DNA from: Rozella allomycis CSF55
Taxonomy: Eukaryota
Direction of reading: 5' to 3'
DNA: 49,023 nt
Assembly: GCA_000442015.1 (NCBI GenBank)
Contig: KE561207.1
Span: forward strand, 1 to 49,023
Shown here: in pieces, positions 32,227 to 43,959 of the stretch
Layout: every line of letters starts with the position of its first letter
Numbering within the stretch: position 1 is the stretch's first letter
The notes under the pieces: generated by a model
What the model was told of the DNA's origin: nothing
Seen by the model: the letters and a program-made list of their open reading frames with translations, nothing else
The model's database searches: none
Position numbers and translations under genes: made by a program

Positions 32227-35200
32227 ATGCCCGAGATATTTGAGCCGATTCTAGTAGATTTCAGTTCATCGCAATTGCTCTTTGAAACTGAAGCGTTTTC
32301 TTTTTTCCGAGCTATAATGTATAAAGCTCTGCCTAATACGAAACCGATAATGCGGGACGAGAGCAGTGCAAGTCGGGTGTTAATCAAGACGCCTAGTGAA
32401 GAGTTGTTTGACCGTTTGGATGAGGTTGATAGGATTATACCATACTTCCAGAATGAGAAGCGCATGGCAGAGAGGTTTGCATCAAAGTGCGGAATGTTCC
32501 ATGTGCCGAGATGGATTAGGAGAACTCAGGAAGGAATTGCCCTTGTTTATGATGATTTTGGAGGCTGTTCATTAAGGGAGATGTGTTTGAAGATGGGCTT
32601 TAGCGATCGGTTGCGAGTGTTTTTGAAGGTAGCGATTGATATAACTAGAATGTTGTATGTTTTGCATGACAGTGGAGGTGTATTTAGGAATTTGAGTATG
32701 AAATGTTTTTTGGTGGATGATAATTTTGATATGCGCGTCTTTAATTATACGTTGATGAGTTTTGTGGAAAGCGAGAGTGTGTCTTTTGATTTTATTGACC
32801 GATGGGAGTCTAGTATGATTGATTTGCAGTATGTTAGTCCTGAGCAAACAGGGAGGATGAACCGATGTGTGGACTATCGGAGTGATTTTTATAGTTTAGG
32901 GGTTATTTTGTATGAGTGGTTGTGTGGAACTGCTCCTTTTGATGGAGCCGATAGGCATGATTTGGTGTATGCGCATTTGGCTGTGCAGCCGCGACATCCG
33001 AGTGAAGTTTGGAATGAGATTCCTAAAGCGTATGGCGATGTGGTGATGAAGCTAATGTCAAAGAGGGCTGAAGATAGGTATTTTAGTTGTTCTGGATTGT
33101 TGGTGGATTTGGAGAGTTTGACGCGGGGAGTGGATAAATCATTCATAGCCGGGGTCTACGATGATAAGAGTAGATTGATGATACCAGAAAAATTGTATGG
33201 AAGGGAAGAGCAAGTCAAGGCGTAATTTAAGGAGATTATTTTCATGTAGAATAATTGAAGCGTATGAAACAGTTTGTTCTGGACAGGTTGCTGTTGTGAT
33301 GATATCAGGTTATTCGGGAATAGGCAAAACATCTCTTGTTCGTGAGGTGTATAAAGAAATTAGCAGAACAAGGTAACATGAATTGGATTTATTAAAAGGG
33401 GCTTTTTCATTAGTGGAAAATTTGAGCAATTTGGAAGATCGACGCCATTTGAGTCGTTGATCCAAGCATTTAATGGGTTGATAAAGCANTCCAAGCATTT
33501 AATGGATTAATAAAGCATTTATTATCACTTTCGACTGAATTGTTTGAGAAATGGCGCGACAAGATATTGGAAGCTTTGGAAGGCCACGGAGGAGCTCTGG
33601 TTGAGATTATTCCTGGGTTGATTGATATAATTGGCGAGCAAGAAGAGTTACCGAAATTGGGACCTGAAGAAACGACGAAGCGAATGAGTTTAGCGTTGAA
33701 AAAGTTTGTGCGAGTGTTTTGCAGTGTGGAGCATCCGTTGGTGTTATTTATGGATGATATAACGTGGGCGGATGCAGAGTCTCTGAAATTGATGGAAGAG
33801 CTGGCTAATTTGCACGGGATAGCACTGATGTTGATAGGAGCGTATAGAGACAATGAAGTGCCAGTGACGAGTTTGTTGAACGAGGTGTTGGGTAGATTGC
33901 GACACACGGATCATTATTTGTTTGAGATTGTTTTAGAAAAGTTGAATGTGAATGATGTGCAATTGTTCCTGTCTGATTGCCTGTACTACCATATGGCGTC
34001 ACCTAGATTGTGTAAACTGACGCAGCTGCTGTACTCCAAGAGTGGCGGCAATCCGTTTTTTCTGATCCAGTTGTTGAAGCATTTGGTGAGCCAGGGAACT
34101 ATTTATTTTAATTTTGAGATTGGGGAGTGGGAATGGACTGTGGAGGATTTGGAAAAGGTTGAGATTACGGAGAATGTTGTGTATTTGATGATCAAGCTGA
34201 TTCGGGGGATGAAAGAGTCGAATCAGAGAATATTGAAGTGTGCTAGCTGCTGTGGGACTATATTTAAGAGTCGTGATGTTGCAAAGTGTTTGGGGATGAG
34301 CAGTTATGAGCTGGTGGGAGAGTTGGATGAGGCGTTGAAGAATAATTTAGTTGTTAAAGTGAATGGATGTGAGGATATTGAGGCAACGGCAGTAGAGATC
34401 AACACTGGTACTAATATTTGTTATAGACTAAATCAGATAAATTTGATAATTTCAAATATGCGTTTACACATGATAGGATCCAACAAGCGTCGAATGAAAT
34501 GTTGAAAGAAGAGGAGAAGCGAAATATTCATTTAAAATTGGCGCGGTATAATTTATGAAATTTCAGAAATAGATATTATTATGAGGAGTGTTTGAATGAG
34601 AAAATGAAGGAAGAGGCATTATTTGGCATAGTCCAGCATTACAATGAGGCATTAGATCTAGTTGTAGAGGATGAGGAGAGGTTGATAGTGTGTGAATTGA
34701 ATTTGCGCGCGAGCAAGAGAGCCAGGGCCTCTGCGTCGTATTCAACGAGTCTGACGTTTTCCAATGCAGCGATAAGATCGTTCCCTGATAAGCTGAAAAA
34801 AGACCATTTTGAATTTTATTTTAAATTGTTGTTGAATAATTTGGAATCGGAGTATTTGAATACGAATTATGAGAGGGCCAAGGAGATGATAGATTTAGCG
34901 TTGCAAGAGTCGCAGTAAGAATTTAATTGAGAGTTGAGGGGTAGGAGTGAGTTGCAAAAGGCGCAAGTGTTGTCGCACCAGGTGTTGTATAAGACGAGTC
35001 AGGGCAAGGTGTTGGAAGCGATTGAGAGTGGATGGCAGGCGTTTAGGCTGTTGGGGGTTGAGATACCGACTGAGAGTGGGGCTATTGATAGGATGTTTAA
35101 TGAGTTGTTTGAGAAGAATAGGATGTTGTCAAAGGATATTGAAAAGCTGATTGAGTTGCCTGAGATGACTAGAGAAGATTATAGAGTTGTTATAAAGATA

Positions 35201-38200
35201 GGTAATCAGAGATTGATAGTGTTAAAATAGGTAATCAAAGATTGATAGAGTTAAAATAGGTAAATAGAGATTGATAGAGTTAACTAAGGTAAATGGATAA
35301 GTTAATTCACAATAATAGGTAAATAACCCACTACTTTTTGAGAAAGGGATTGATTTGATACCACCAGTTTATTTTGCTAGACCAGAATTGTTGGTGCCAA
35401 TGATATTAAAGTTGGTTGAATTGAGTGTAAAGAATGGAATATCATCATTAACATCATACGTGTATTGTCTATTTGGACTAGTTTTGAGTGGATTAAAGTA
35501 AAAAGAATTTTAATATTTAAAAGATATTATAAGGATTCGTATGTGTTTGGCAAGGCGGCGATGCATGTGTTGGACAAGTATCCGAATGATCCCATCGAGT
35601 GTCAAGTGATTAAAGTGTATGCCAGTCATATCCAATGTTGGAATGAGCCTTTGATGAATACATTGGAAACATTTAATAGAAGTTTGCAAGCAGGGATTAA
35701 TTATGCCAACAAGGAGTATTATGGGTATGGATCAGCTGAGAGAATTATTTATTCATTCTTTTCTGGTGTAAAGTTGGAGTTGATAATGGAGCAGGGAAGT
35801 AGATTGTTGACAATTGTAGAAGAATTGAAGCAAGTAAGTGAATTTGTGTGATGAGAAAGGATATTGGAATTTACTATACGAGATTGTTTCTGCAGTTGAT
35901 TTATAATTTGATCAATTCAGAGTCTGTTATAGATCCGATAATACTAACAGGCCAGTATTTCAATGAGAGTGATTTCCATAAACTGGAGAGTGTGACGTTG
36001 CTAGTGTTTGCATTTTATTTGTGTAAACTGATCTTGTGTGTAGTGTTTGGTGAGTATGACAAGGCGTGTATCTATTCGGCATTGGCAAAGCAGAATGCCA
36101 AGGGAGCGCCTGGACTGTTTATGTTGGCTGAATTGGAGTTTTATGCTACTTGTGGGTTTATTATGGAGTATAGAAATAATAAAGAGTTTCTGATTGATGA
36201 TATTGAGAATGGTTTGAATGAATTGAAAGTTGGGATGAACAGTTGTGAGTATAATTTGGATAATAAGATAAAGATACTGGAAGCATGCAAAGCTGCTATT
36301 ATAGGGGATAGCAATAATAGTTTTAAACATGCTACTCATAGTAATTTTAATCATGAAATTGATCAACATGAAGCAGAGAGGGTAGAACATTTGTTTGATT
36401 TGGCTATTGATGCTTCATTGAAAGATGGGTTTATTCATGAATACGCAATTTGTTTAGAATTGAAGGCAAAATTATTAATGAGATCGAAATCTAATTATTA
36501 CTTGTTGCATCAAGAAGCGTATTATGCGTATTTAAAGTGGGGCTCAACCACCAAGGGACATCAGCTGTTGAATTTAATAGGAAAGCGATTACTGTCAACC
36601 ACACCTAGACTGAATTCATCAACAGTTAGTGAGAAGATTGAAAGAAGGAGTATTGTTGAGATTAATTCAAGTATTTTGATAAAGGCGTGTGAAGTTATTA
36701 ATGATTTGGTTGATTTTGATTCTATTTGTAGAACATTGATGGAGTTGGTTGTCAAGTGTGTTGATGCTGATAGAGGGTATTTGGTTATGCAAGATTTGAT
36801 TAATAATGTAGATCCGCATGTTAAATTGAGTATTGTAGGGAAGAATAGTAAAGGTGAGAATGGTAAAGGAGAGAAGAGTAGTTCTAGTAGTGTGTCTGAT
36901 GGGAGTTCTAGCAGTAACATTCAAATGCACCCATCCACTTGCACTTCTTCTACTTCAACATCGACTACATCTATGGTACCGTGGTCATTGATTAATTATT
37001 GCTTGAGATCTAAAAAGAAAGTGATAAATGAATTTGATGATTTTATTAAAGATGAATATTTTAATTTGAATAAAACAAATCATGTATTGTGTGTTCCATT
37101 GGTTGACAAGGCTAGATGTATTGGATGTGTTTACTTGGAATCCAATAGAATAGGATTTAAACAGGAACAAATAGAAACATTGAAATTGTTATTGTTTCAA
37201 ACTACAACGCATCTTGTGAATTCCATGTTGATTAGTGGGAATGAAAAGAAGGATTTAATGATTGAAAAGCTGAAACAAGATTTGCGAAAGAACAATACTA
37301 ATTTAGAGTCTCTTGTGCAGAATAGAACGAAAATATTGGAAATAAGAAATAAACAATTGACGGATGAAATTCAAGAGAGAAAGAGAATTGAAGTTGAACT
37401 GAAAAGAGCGAAAGATGAAGCAGAAGCAGCAACGTTGTCTAAAAGCCAGTTTCTAGCCAACATGTCACATGAAATAAGAACTCCAATGAATGCCATTATT
37501 GGATTCACTGATCTCTTGCTGTTAACCAATCTGAATTCCAACCAAGCAGAATTCGCATCAAGCGTTAAATCAAGTGCGCAAGATTTGTTAACAATTATTA
37601 ACGATATTCTAGATTTCTCCAAAGTGGAAACTGGCAATATTGTTTTGGAGAGTTTAAAGTTTAATATTGAGAAGAGTATTGAAAGTTGTTTGGAAGTTGT
37701 TAATTCAATCAAGAATTCTGAGAATTTGGATTTGAGTTTGATTGTTAATAAGAATTTGCCAAATTTTGTTATTGGGGATCCTACTAGGTTTAGACAAGTT
37801 GTATTGAATTTGTTGTCTAATGCGATAAAGTTTACAAAGCAAGGGGATGTTTGTATTCAAGTAGAGATTTGTGAAAATGAAGAATGTGAAGATGAACTAG
37901 CAATAGGTAATTTGTATGAAGTGGAATTAACATTAGGTAACTTTTATAGTTTAGATTTAAGGTTAAGGTAATCAATTGACTGACGCACAGTCTTGCTTTG
38001 CACTAAACTCTCCATTACCTTCAGTTAAATCAAACAATTCACATTCTTCTCAACCATCAATCTACTCTAAACAATTCCATTCAACAAGCGAATCATTTCA
38101 TTCATCAAACCCCACAAACAACAAATACCTTCTAGTAGTCAAAGTGTATGATACAGGAATTGGAATCTCCAAAGAAAACAGAAAAAAATTATTCAAATTA

Positions 38201-39349
38201 TTCCAACAAGCAGATTCTTCAATAACAAGAAATTTTGGTGGCACTGGGCTTGGTCTTTCGCTTTCTAAAAGTTTAGCGAATGCTATGGGCGGTGATGTCT
38301 ACATTGCCTCTAGCAAAGTCAACGTTGGCTCGTGTTTTGTTTTTAAATGCAAAGTTGGTATTGATTTCAGCAGCTCTACTTCTTTAATTAGTGATTCTAC
38401 AAGTAAAAGTACAAGCACTTCTAGCACTATGAATATATTAAACAACATGACTTTAAACACTTCTACTCCTACAATGAATATACCTTCTACTTCTACAATG
38501 AATACCCCTTCTACTCCTTCTACAATGAGTACCCCTTCTACTTTTACTTTTACTTCTTCTACTACGTCTACGTCTACTTCTAATGAGTCAAATGATAATG
38601 ACGTTCTAAATTTCAATCTTTTACTAAACAAAAAATATTCCCTCATAGTCGACGACAAATCTTCCTTCTTTTCAAAATCTCTAATCTATTATCTAGAAAA
38701 CACCTTCAACTGCATTCCAAACGACAAAACTCCAGACTTTATCATCATCAAAGATTCATTCCTCCTTCCAACCAACATCCCCTCCACAGTCCCATCAATC
38801 CTCATCAAATCAAAGAAATCCCTTCACAAATCAGCATTCGAACTCACCCAACCAGTCAAACGAAAAGCCCTCTACGAAACAATCATCAAAGCACTCAAAA
38901 TAAACCCAAAAAACAATCTCCAATCTATCCCAGAATCTATTCCCGAAAAATCACAATCTAAAGAAAAAACCATCTCTGACGTTTCCATTCTACTGGCCGA
39001 AGACAATCTAGTCAACCAGAGACTCATATTTCACATGCTAAAGAAGATTGGATACAAGTGCGATCTCGCGGAAAATGGCGTGCAGGTGTTGGAGCTGTTG
39101 GAAAAGAAGACGTACAATATTATACTCATGGATGTGCAGATGCCCGTTATGGATGGGATTACTTGCACTAGGATTATTTTGAAAAAGAATTTGAAGAATA
39201 GACCGCTTATTGTCGCACTCACCGCTAATGCGCTGTCGGAATCAAAGGAAAGATGTTTGGATGCTGGAATGGATGATTTTTTAACGAAACCGATTAAATT
39301 AAGTGAATTGGAAAATGTTTTATCGAAAATTCAATCAACAAGGAAATAA
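32227..39349 (+). CDS. Large hybrid histidine kinase (S/T-kinase-like - AAA ATPase - helical - GAF - HisKA - HATPase - REC), fungal group X / Chk1-Mak type
   Basis: YVSPEQTGRMNRCVDYRSDFYSLG, Walker A GYSGIGKT, HPLVLFMDDITWAD, GGNPFF, HDRIQQ, FLANMSHEIRTPMNAI, NLLSNAIKFT, DTGIGI, GGTGLGL, ILLAEDN..MDVQMPVMDG..FLTKP. Confidence 0.94.
33461..33517. repeat. 28-nt duplication joined by a single N (likely uncollapsed alleles)
   Basis: Two copies differ only at GGG/GGA and TTG/TTA (synonymous). Confidence 0.85.
35202..35346 (+). other. Stack of five abutting mini-intron units (29, 29, 29, 30, 28 nt)
   Basis: Units 35202-35230, 35231-35259, 35260-35288, 35289-35318, 35319-35346 each begin GTAA and end AG; removing all 145 nt gives VIKIGIDLIPPVYFARPELL. 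Confidence 0.85.
37907..37967 (+). other. Stack of two abutting mini-intron units (30 + 31 nt)
   Basis: 37907-37936 and 37937-37967 each GTAA..AG; removal joins ORF 35848-37971 in frame to ORF 37976-39349. Confidence 0.75.
38395..38582 (+). repeat. Ser/Thr/Pro low-complexity coding repeat in the histidine kinase
   Basis: Imperfect units like ccttctacttctacaatgaatacc (PSTSTMNT). Confidence 0.75.
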
Positions 39350-39464
39350 ATTTTTTAATTTAAAAGTAAAAAAGTAATGATATTGATATGTAATGGTGTT
39401 TATATGTAATGATTTAATGTTCAAATAATTTTAATATGATAAATGCAATTTTATTAACATTTAT

Positions 39465-40128
39465 TTAAGCATAATTAAATATCATTGATTCTTCCCTCTC
39501 TAATTTCTTTATCGTTTCAATCAATTCGTTCCTCTGCTTAATCAATCTTGGCCCATGCACAGTCACCTTTTGTTCATACTCATACGGCTTTATCTCTCTA
39601 TTCAGAGTTTCAATTTCCTTTCGCAGTTCCTTACTGTAGCTCTCATACTCTATCCAATCCTCTCCCTCAAACACATTCTTCTTCACCACCATCATATCAT
39701 TCTCAACAGCTATCATTCTATACTCGGACGCTACAATCACTTCCACACTCGTTTCAATAATCTCATCAGCCATCTTCTTAATCTCAGCAATCTTCCTCCT
39801 CACAAAACTCCTCGTCTTTACCCCCCGTCTATTCCACAGCACAACACTCATCAGTCCGCAATACTCTCCATACCCAAGCTTCACAGCATTCAACTGTCTC
39901 TCCACATCCTGCATCTCAGCATTCAGCTCCACCACTAGATAAATTCTCGCATTCTTATACCCACCCATATACCTTCTCGCCCTGCTCATCGCCTTCCACG
40001 CACGCATCTTTTTAAACACACTCGAGCTGCCAAATTCAGGCATGTCAATAATCTCAACACCATTCACTGCCATCCCCTTGCGGCCGTCAAATGTCGCACC
40101 GTCCCTAATTATATTGTTGCCAAACACG
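39465..40128 (-). CDS. 3' part of an unrelated protein (weak P-loop GTPase-like segment + coiled coil), fused in the ORF track to Mdm34 across an N
   Basis: Sequence after the N at 40129 changes base composition; VEIIDMPEFG recalls the IIDTPGFG G3 motif; no Mdm34 similarity. Confidence 0.4.
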
Positions 40129-40129
40129 N

Positions 40130-41239
40130 CACGGAAGATAACATGCTTGGGCGTCTCTCGCAAAGGTGACAGGGTACGGTATGTGTGCTGCAGATTCTTT
40201 AGTTTTGGAATTGCAAATGTTTGCTTTTCGGGATGTTTCAGTTTGCCGGAATTGAGGGAAAAGGTTATAGAGCGGATTCGAGTGAGTATGGAATCTTCAT
40301 GGCAAAGGTCTGGATTGTATATCACGGGATCAGAAAATGCACGTGACTTTGTGGATTTTAGTAGCAGTAGAGGGTCTGTAACTATGGGAAGTGTATATGG
40401 GTCATTTTCCTTGATTGTTTCAAGTTTTTTGTGGCCACGCGACGGCGGTCTAGAGTTAAGTGACGTGTCAGACATTGATTTTGATAAAGTGGGAGGTTTC
40501 TTTTGTGATAAGCGTATATCAGGCATAGATATGCTTGTCTTTGTCAACTTGCCTATTTCAGCCTTTTCTTTATCATCCGCTTCACCGGTTAAAGACATGA
40601 ACGAAGATGAGAAAGAGTGAAGCATATTCGGCAATTCTTCCATTAGCATATATCTAATAGCTTCCTCTATCTCATGTTGAAGCAAATCGTGGACACTGAC
40701 AATGTGGTCAAACGTGGAGCTCACAGTCACACTTTTCAAAGGATCGTTCTTGAAATTTAAAGTTATCTTTTTGTTTCGTAAATCAACCACAAGAGAAAAT
40801 ATGCCTTGAATACGCAATTCACTAATCTTTAGATCGATTGGAACCGCAAGTGGTTTGTGAGCAAATACGATGCCCTTTTTCTTTATTTTTGAGCGCGGAG
40901 AGTTGGTTGAAGTCATAGGATTGACCTACAAAAAATCGATGCTTTAATTACCTGAACATTTGCGTGTAAGACTATTTCCGAATCTCCGAAATATTCAAGT
41001 TTCATTATCAAATGTAATCTGTCCAATGATAGCTCGGAAATCTCTAGTATATCAAGTTTTGGAGCCTAAAATTATAATTTACAAATCATTTATACAATGG
41101 AACCAAGGCTAAATGATTTTATAGTTATTTCTCCAACTATTTTGTCAAAACTCTTTTCATTCAAAACAGAATGTAATTTGTCTTTTAGCTCATCATTAAC
41201 GATGGAGTTTAGCTCTGTCCATTGAAATTTGAAAGACAT
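40130..41239 (-). CDS. MDM34: ERMES subunit Mdm34 (SMP domain); 3' end interrupted by N
   Basis: MSFKFQW, SFSLGSIAPKLDILEISEL, NVQVNP, ITLNFKNDPLKSVTVSSTFD, EELPNMLH; two short introns. Confidence 0.9.
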
Positions 41240-41271
41240 TATATAGTTAACTAAAGCTCTAAATATAGATG

Positions 41272-41608
41272 CAATGATGTTGTTTATTTCAATTTACAGA
41301 ATAACATGCGCAATATAGACTTTAGCATATCGGTTAGGATGCTCAGAATGCTTTTGGTTCTAATAGATATTGTTACCAGTGTTTTGCAGAATTTCATATC
41401 TACATTTCGCCATGGAACTAGAAAAACTTCTAATGGCTGNTATTGATAATATTTATTTCAATTTACAGAATAACATGCGCAATACTGACTTTAGCATATC
41501 GGTTAGGATGCTCAAAATGCTTTTGCTTCTAATAGATATTGTTACCAGTGTTTTGCAAAATTTCATATCTACATTTCGCCATGGAACTAGAAAAACTTCT
41601 AATGGCTG
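41272..41608. repeat. ~165-nt duplication joined by a single N at 41440 (likely uncollapsed alleles)
   Basis: Two copies offset by 169 nt with several substitutions. Confidence 0.85.
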
Positions 41609-41836
41609 GATTTCAGCATCTACCACTTCTCCATTACACAATTTTGTTTGCACTGTCATTTTTGAATTGGTCTTTATAGATTTAGAAATTGCGAATAGTA
41701 GACTGGAGAGTGCCGAGTTGTCAATCATGTTCATTAATGGCTTCTTAACAAGTATATATGTTTCAAATTCTGTAGTATTAAAGAGGACGTCGTCTACGAC
41801 TCCAAATGGATCAATGATAACCTTTAGGACAGCCAT
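41453..41836 (-). CDS. Hypothetical small protein (weak PAS-like pattern)
   Basis: Open frame MAVLKVIIDPFGVVDDV...VQTKLCNGEVVDAEI; both duplicate copies keep the frame and the stop. Confidence 0.5.
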   Translation of the reverse strand: MAVLKVIIDPFGVVDDVLFNTTEFETYILVKKPLMNMIDNSALSSLLFAISKSIKTNSKMTVQTKLCNGEVVDAEIQPLEVFLVPWRNVDMKFCKTLVTISIRSKSILSILTDMLKSVLRMLFCKLK

Positions 41837-42074
41837 AAAGCTTAACTTGGTGAAATGCACAAATTTTACACATGAAGAGGTCCCATATTACACGTAAGAA
41901 AAATCGAAAAAAATAATAGTGGATATAAAGGGCTACACCTGAAGCTTACGAATTTTTAATTACGGAAAGAATTTTTTTGTCACTTTACAGATAGTAACAG
42001 ATAAGCCACAGGAAGCGTTCAATTGCCTATTTAAGCGATTCCCAATTGCGTACCCTTGTCAAAAATTGTTCTAA

Positions 42075-42629
42075 ATGGTGTCCAAGCTAATCATTTTGCT
42101 ATGCATTACTCTATCAATGTGGGCATTCGTTATTAAGGAGATCCACAACAATAGCAGCGAGTCATCGAGGCCGTTACACCCATACGCCATCGAAGAAACA
42201 CCAAACGCTCAAGGCTTGCAAGAAATCGAGTCTTTAGAGGATGTAAACCTTTCCACCAGCGAACAAATTGAAGAAATCGAAGGTCGCCTCCGCTCAATGC
42301 AAGTAGAAGAACTCGAAACTGCTAATGAAAATGAACCAGAGCTTGAGATTGAAGAATTTACAAATGGAAATCAAACCGAAGGTTACGGTGGAACCGAATT
42401 GGATGGAGCAGCACCATTGGCCCAATTGTTCAACGGACTGAATAATATGGCTACCAGACTTGACGCTAAAGCTCAAGAAATTAACAACCGCAATATATCA
42501 GATGAGGATGTGGGAGCTCAATTAGGAGCTGGATTTGAAATGCTCGGTGAAATGCTTAATTGTTTCCTTCAACCCGCTGCTGGAAATGGAACAAATACCG
42601 AAGCGACTCCTGAATGTGTTATTCAGTAA
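42075..42629 (+). CDS. Secreted acidic orphan protein ending in a CaaX motif
   Basis: MVSKLIILLCITLSMWA signal-like N-terminus; E/N-rich body; C-terminus ECVIQ*; intronless; AATAAA downstream. Confidence 0.8.
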   Translation: MVSKLIILLCITLSMWAFVIKEIHNNSSESSRPLHPYAIEETPNAQGLQEIESLEDVNLSTSEQIEEIEGRLRSMQVEELETANENEPELEIEEFTNGNQTEGYGGTELDGAAPLAQLFNGLNNMATRLDAKAQEINNRNISDEDVGAQLGAGFEMLGEMLNCFLQPAAGNGTNTEATPECVIQ

Positions 42630-42683
42630 TTATTTATTTAATAAATTGCTTTTTTATTACTTGTCCGATAACATTTATTAAGA

Positions 42684-43959
42684 TTAAATGGATGGGATTT
42701 GATCAAGAAATGGAACCATTATTTGAAATGTTCTGACTCCATATAACGTATCTACAAATAGTTTTAGGTATCCTTTTGACATATCACCAACTTTAAGGGC
42801 ATCCATACCTTTGATATCAAACAATGATTTTTACCAGTGATAGTATTGGATACATCGATTGACGACGCCTTAACGAATGTGAATGTACTGTCTTCAGCAA
42901 TCAAAAGGCTAAATATTGAGATGTTACCATCTTGAGATGCCAGAATTAAACATGACCATTCCGAGATGAACTTTACTATAGATATTCTTTTTAATGGTCT
43001 AAAGTATCCTAAGGGTATTGCTTCAACTTTAGCATTCATGGTATTTTTTAAATCATGCATCCCTAATTCAAATACAGAAGTCCAAAAGAAGAAAGTTGAC
43101 TGTTTTCCTTTAATAGCTTCATCACAATTAAGTGTCCGTGTAATATTTTTCCTTTCGTCTTCCCTGCTTTTCATTAATTTAAGAAAATATTCGCGTGTTT
43201 TATATTTATTTTGAATACTCATAAACAACTCAATATCAACAAATGTACAACCCCATCCCCTATCGATCAAATCTTAAACAAAAACTTACCAGTCACTTAA
43301 AGAAACTGTAAAAATGCACTCCTTGGTATTTACATTCCAGACTTTAGCAGTGCAATCAATACTTACCGAACCCAAATAGGTTGAATCAGAATTGAAATCT
43401 TGCGATAGAAAGATTCTATAATGTTACCGATGGCCGGTATGTTGTGACAGTGACCAACTAAAAGAATAGTTTCATTGGTAATCAAATCAAAAATTCTAAT
43501 TTTGAAATCATTTGAACTGACAGCGACGTATTTTTTAGAAGTTGCTATGCCCCAAGTGCTCTCACCTGTACTGTATTGGTATCATTAACAACATTACTTG
43601 AATCTTATAGCTTTGAAGTTGCTCTCGATGAGAAACACAATCACGTTACCGTCATCCTTAACCGCCACCAAATATTCAAACTCATCACAATTCCCAAGCT
43701 TTATTTGATGTATTTCCGAGTCAGTAAATGTTTCTATAGATTTCAAACAGGATAAACCTTCTGTTGATGAATAATCTCGGTAATGGATAAAAAGAAAAGG
43801 CTCTATTTGAAAAATATCTATCTTATCCTTGAAAGCTTTAAAAAGCATATTTTTGTAGATGCAGATAGAATTCATATTCTTATTATGAAGAAATTATTAA
43901 CATACGTAAGGATTTGATGAACGAGAATGCAAATATGTAGTACCTTCCCAGACATTCAT
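42684..43959 (-). CDS. WD40-repeat protein, CRT10-like
   Basis: STWGIATSKKYVAVSSND, GHCHNIPAIDF, SVSIDCTAKVWNV, WGWGCTFV; 5 short introns. Confidence 0.72.

Noticed and set aside
35202..35290. CRISPR-like array of 29-nt repeats
   Set aside because: No spacers, eukaryotic context, and the units are intron-shaped.
39465..40916. Novel Mdm34 fusion with a GTPase-like/coiled-coil domain (483-aa ORF)
   Set aside because: The join falls exactly at the N at 40129 where base composition changes; single Ns elsewhere mark contig joins, so a chimeric ORF is more likely.
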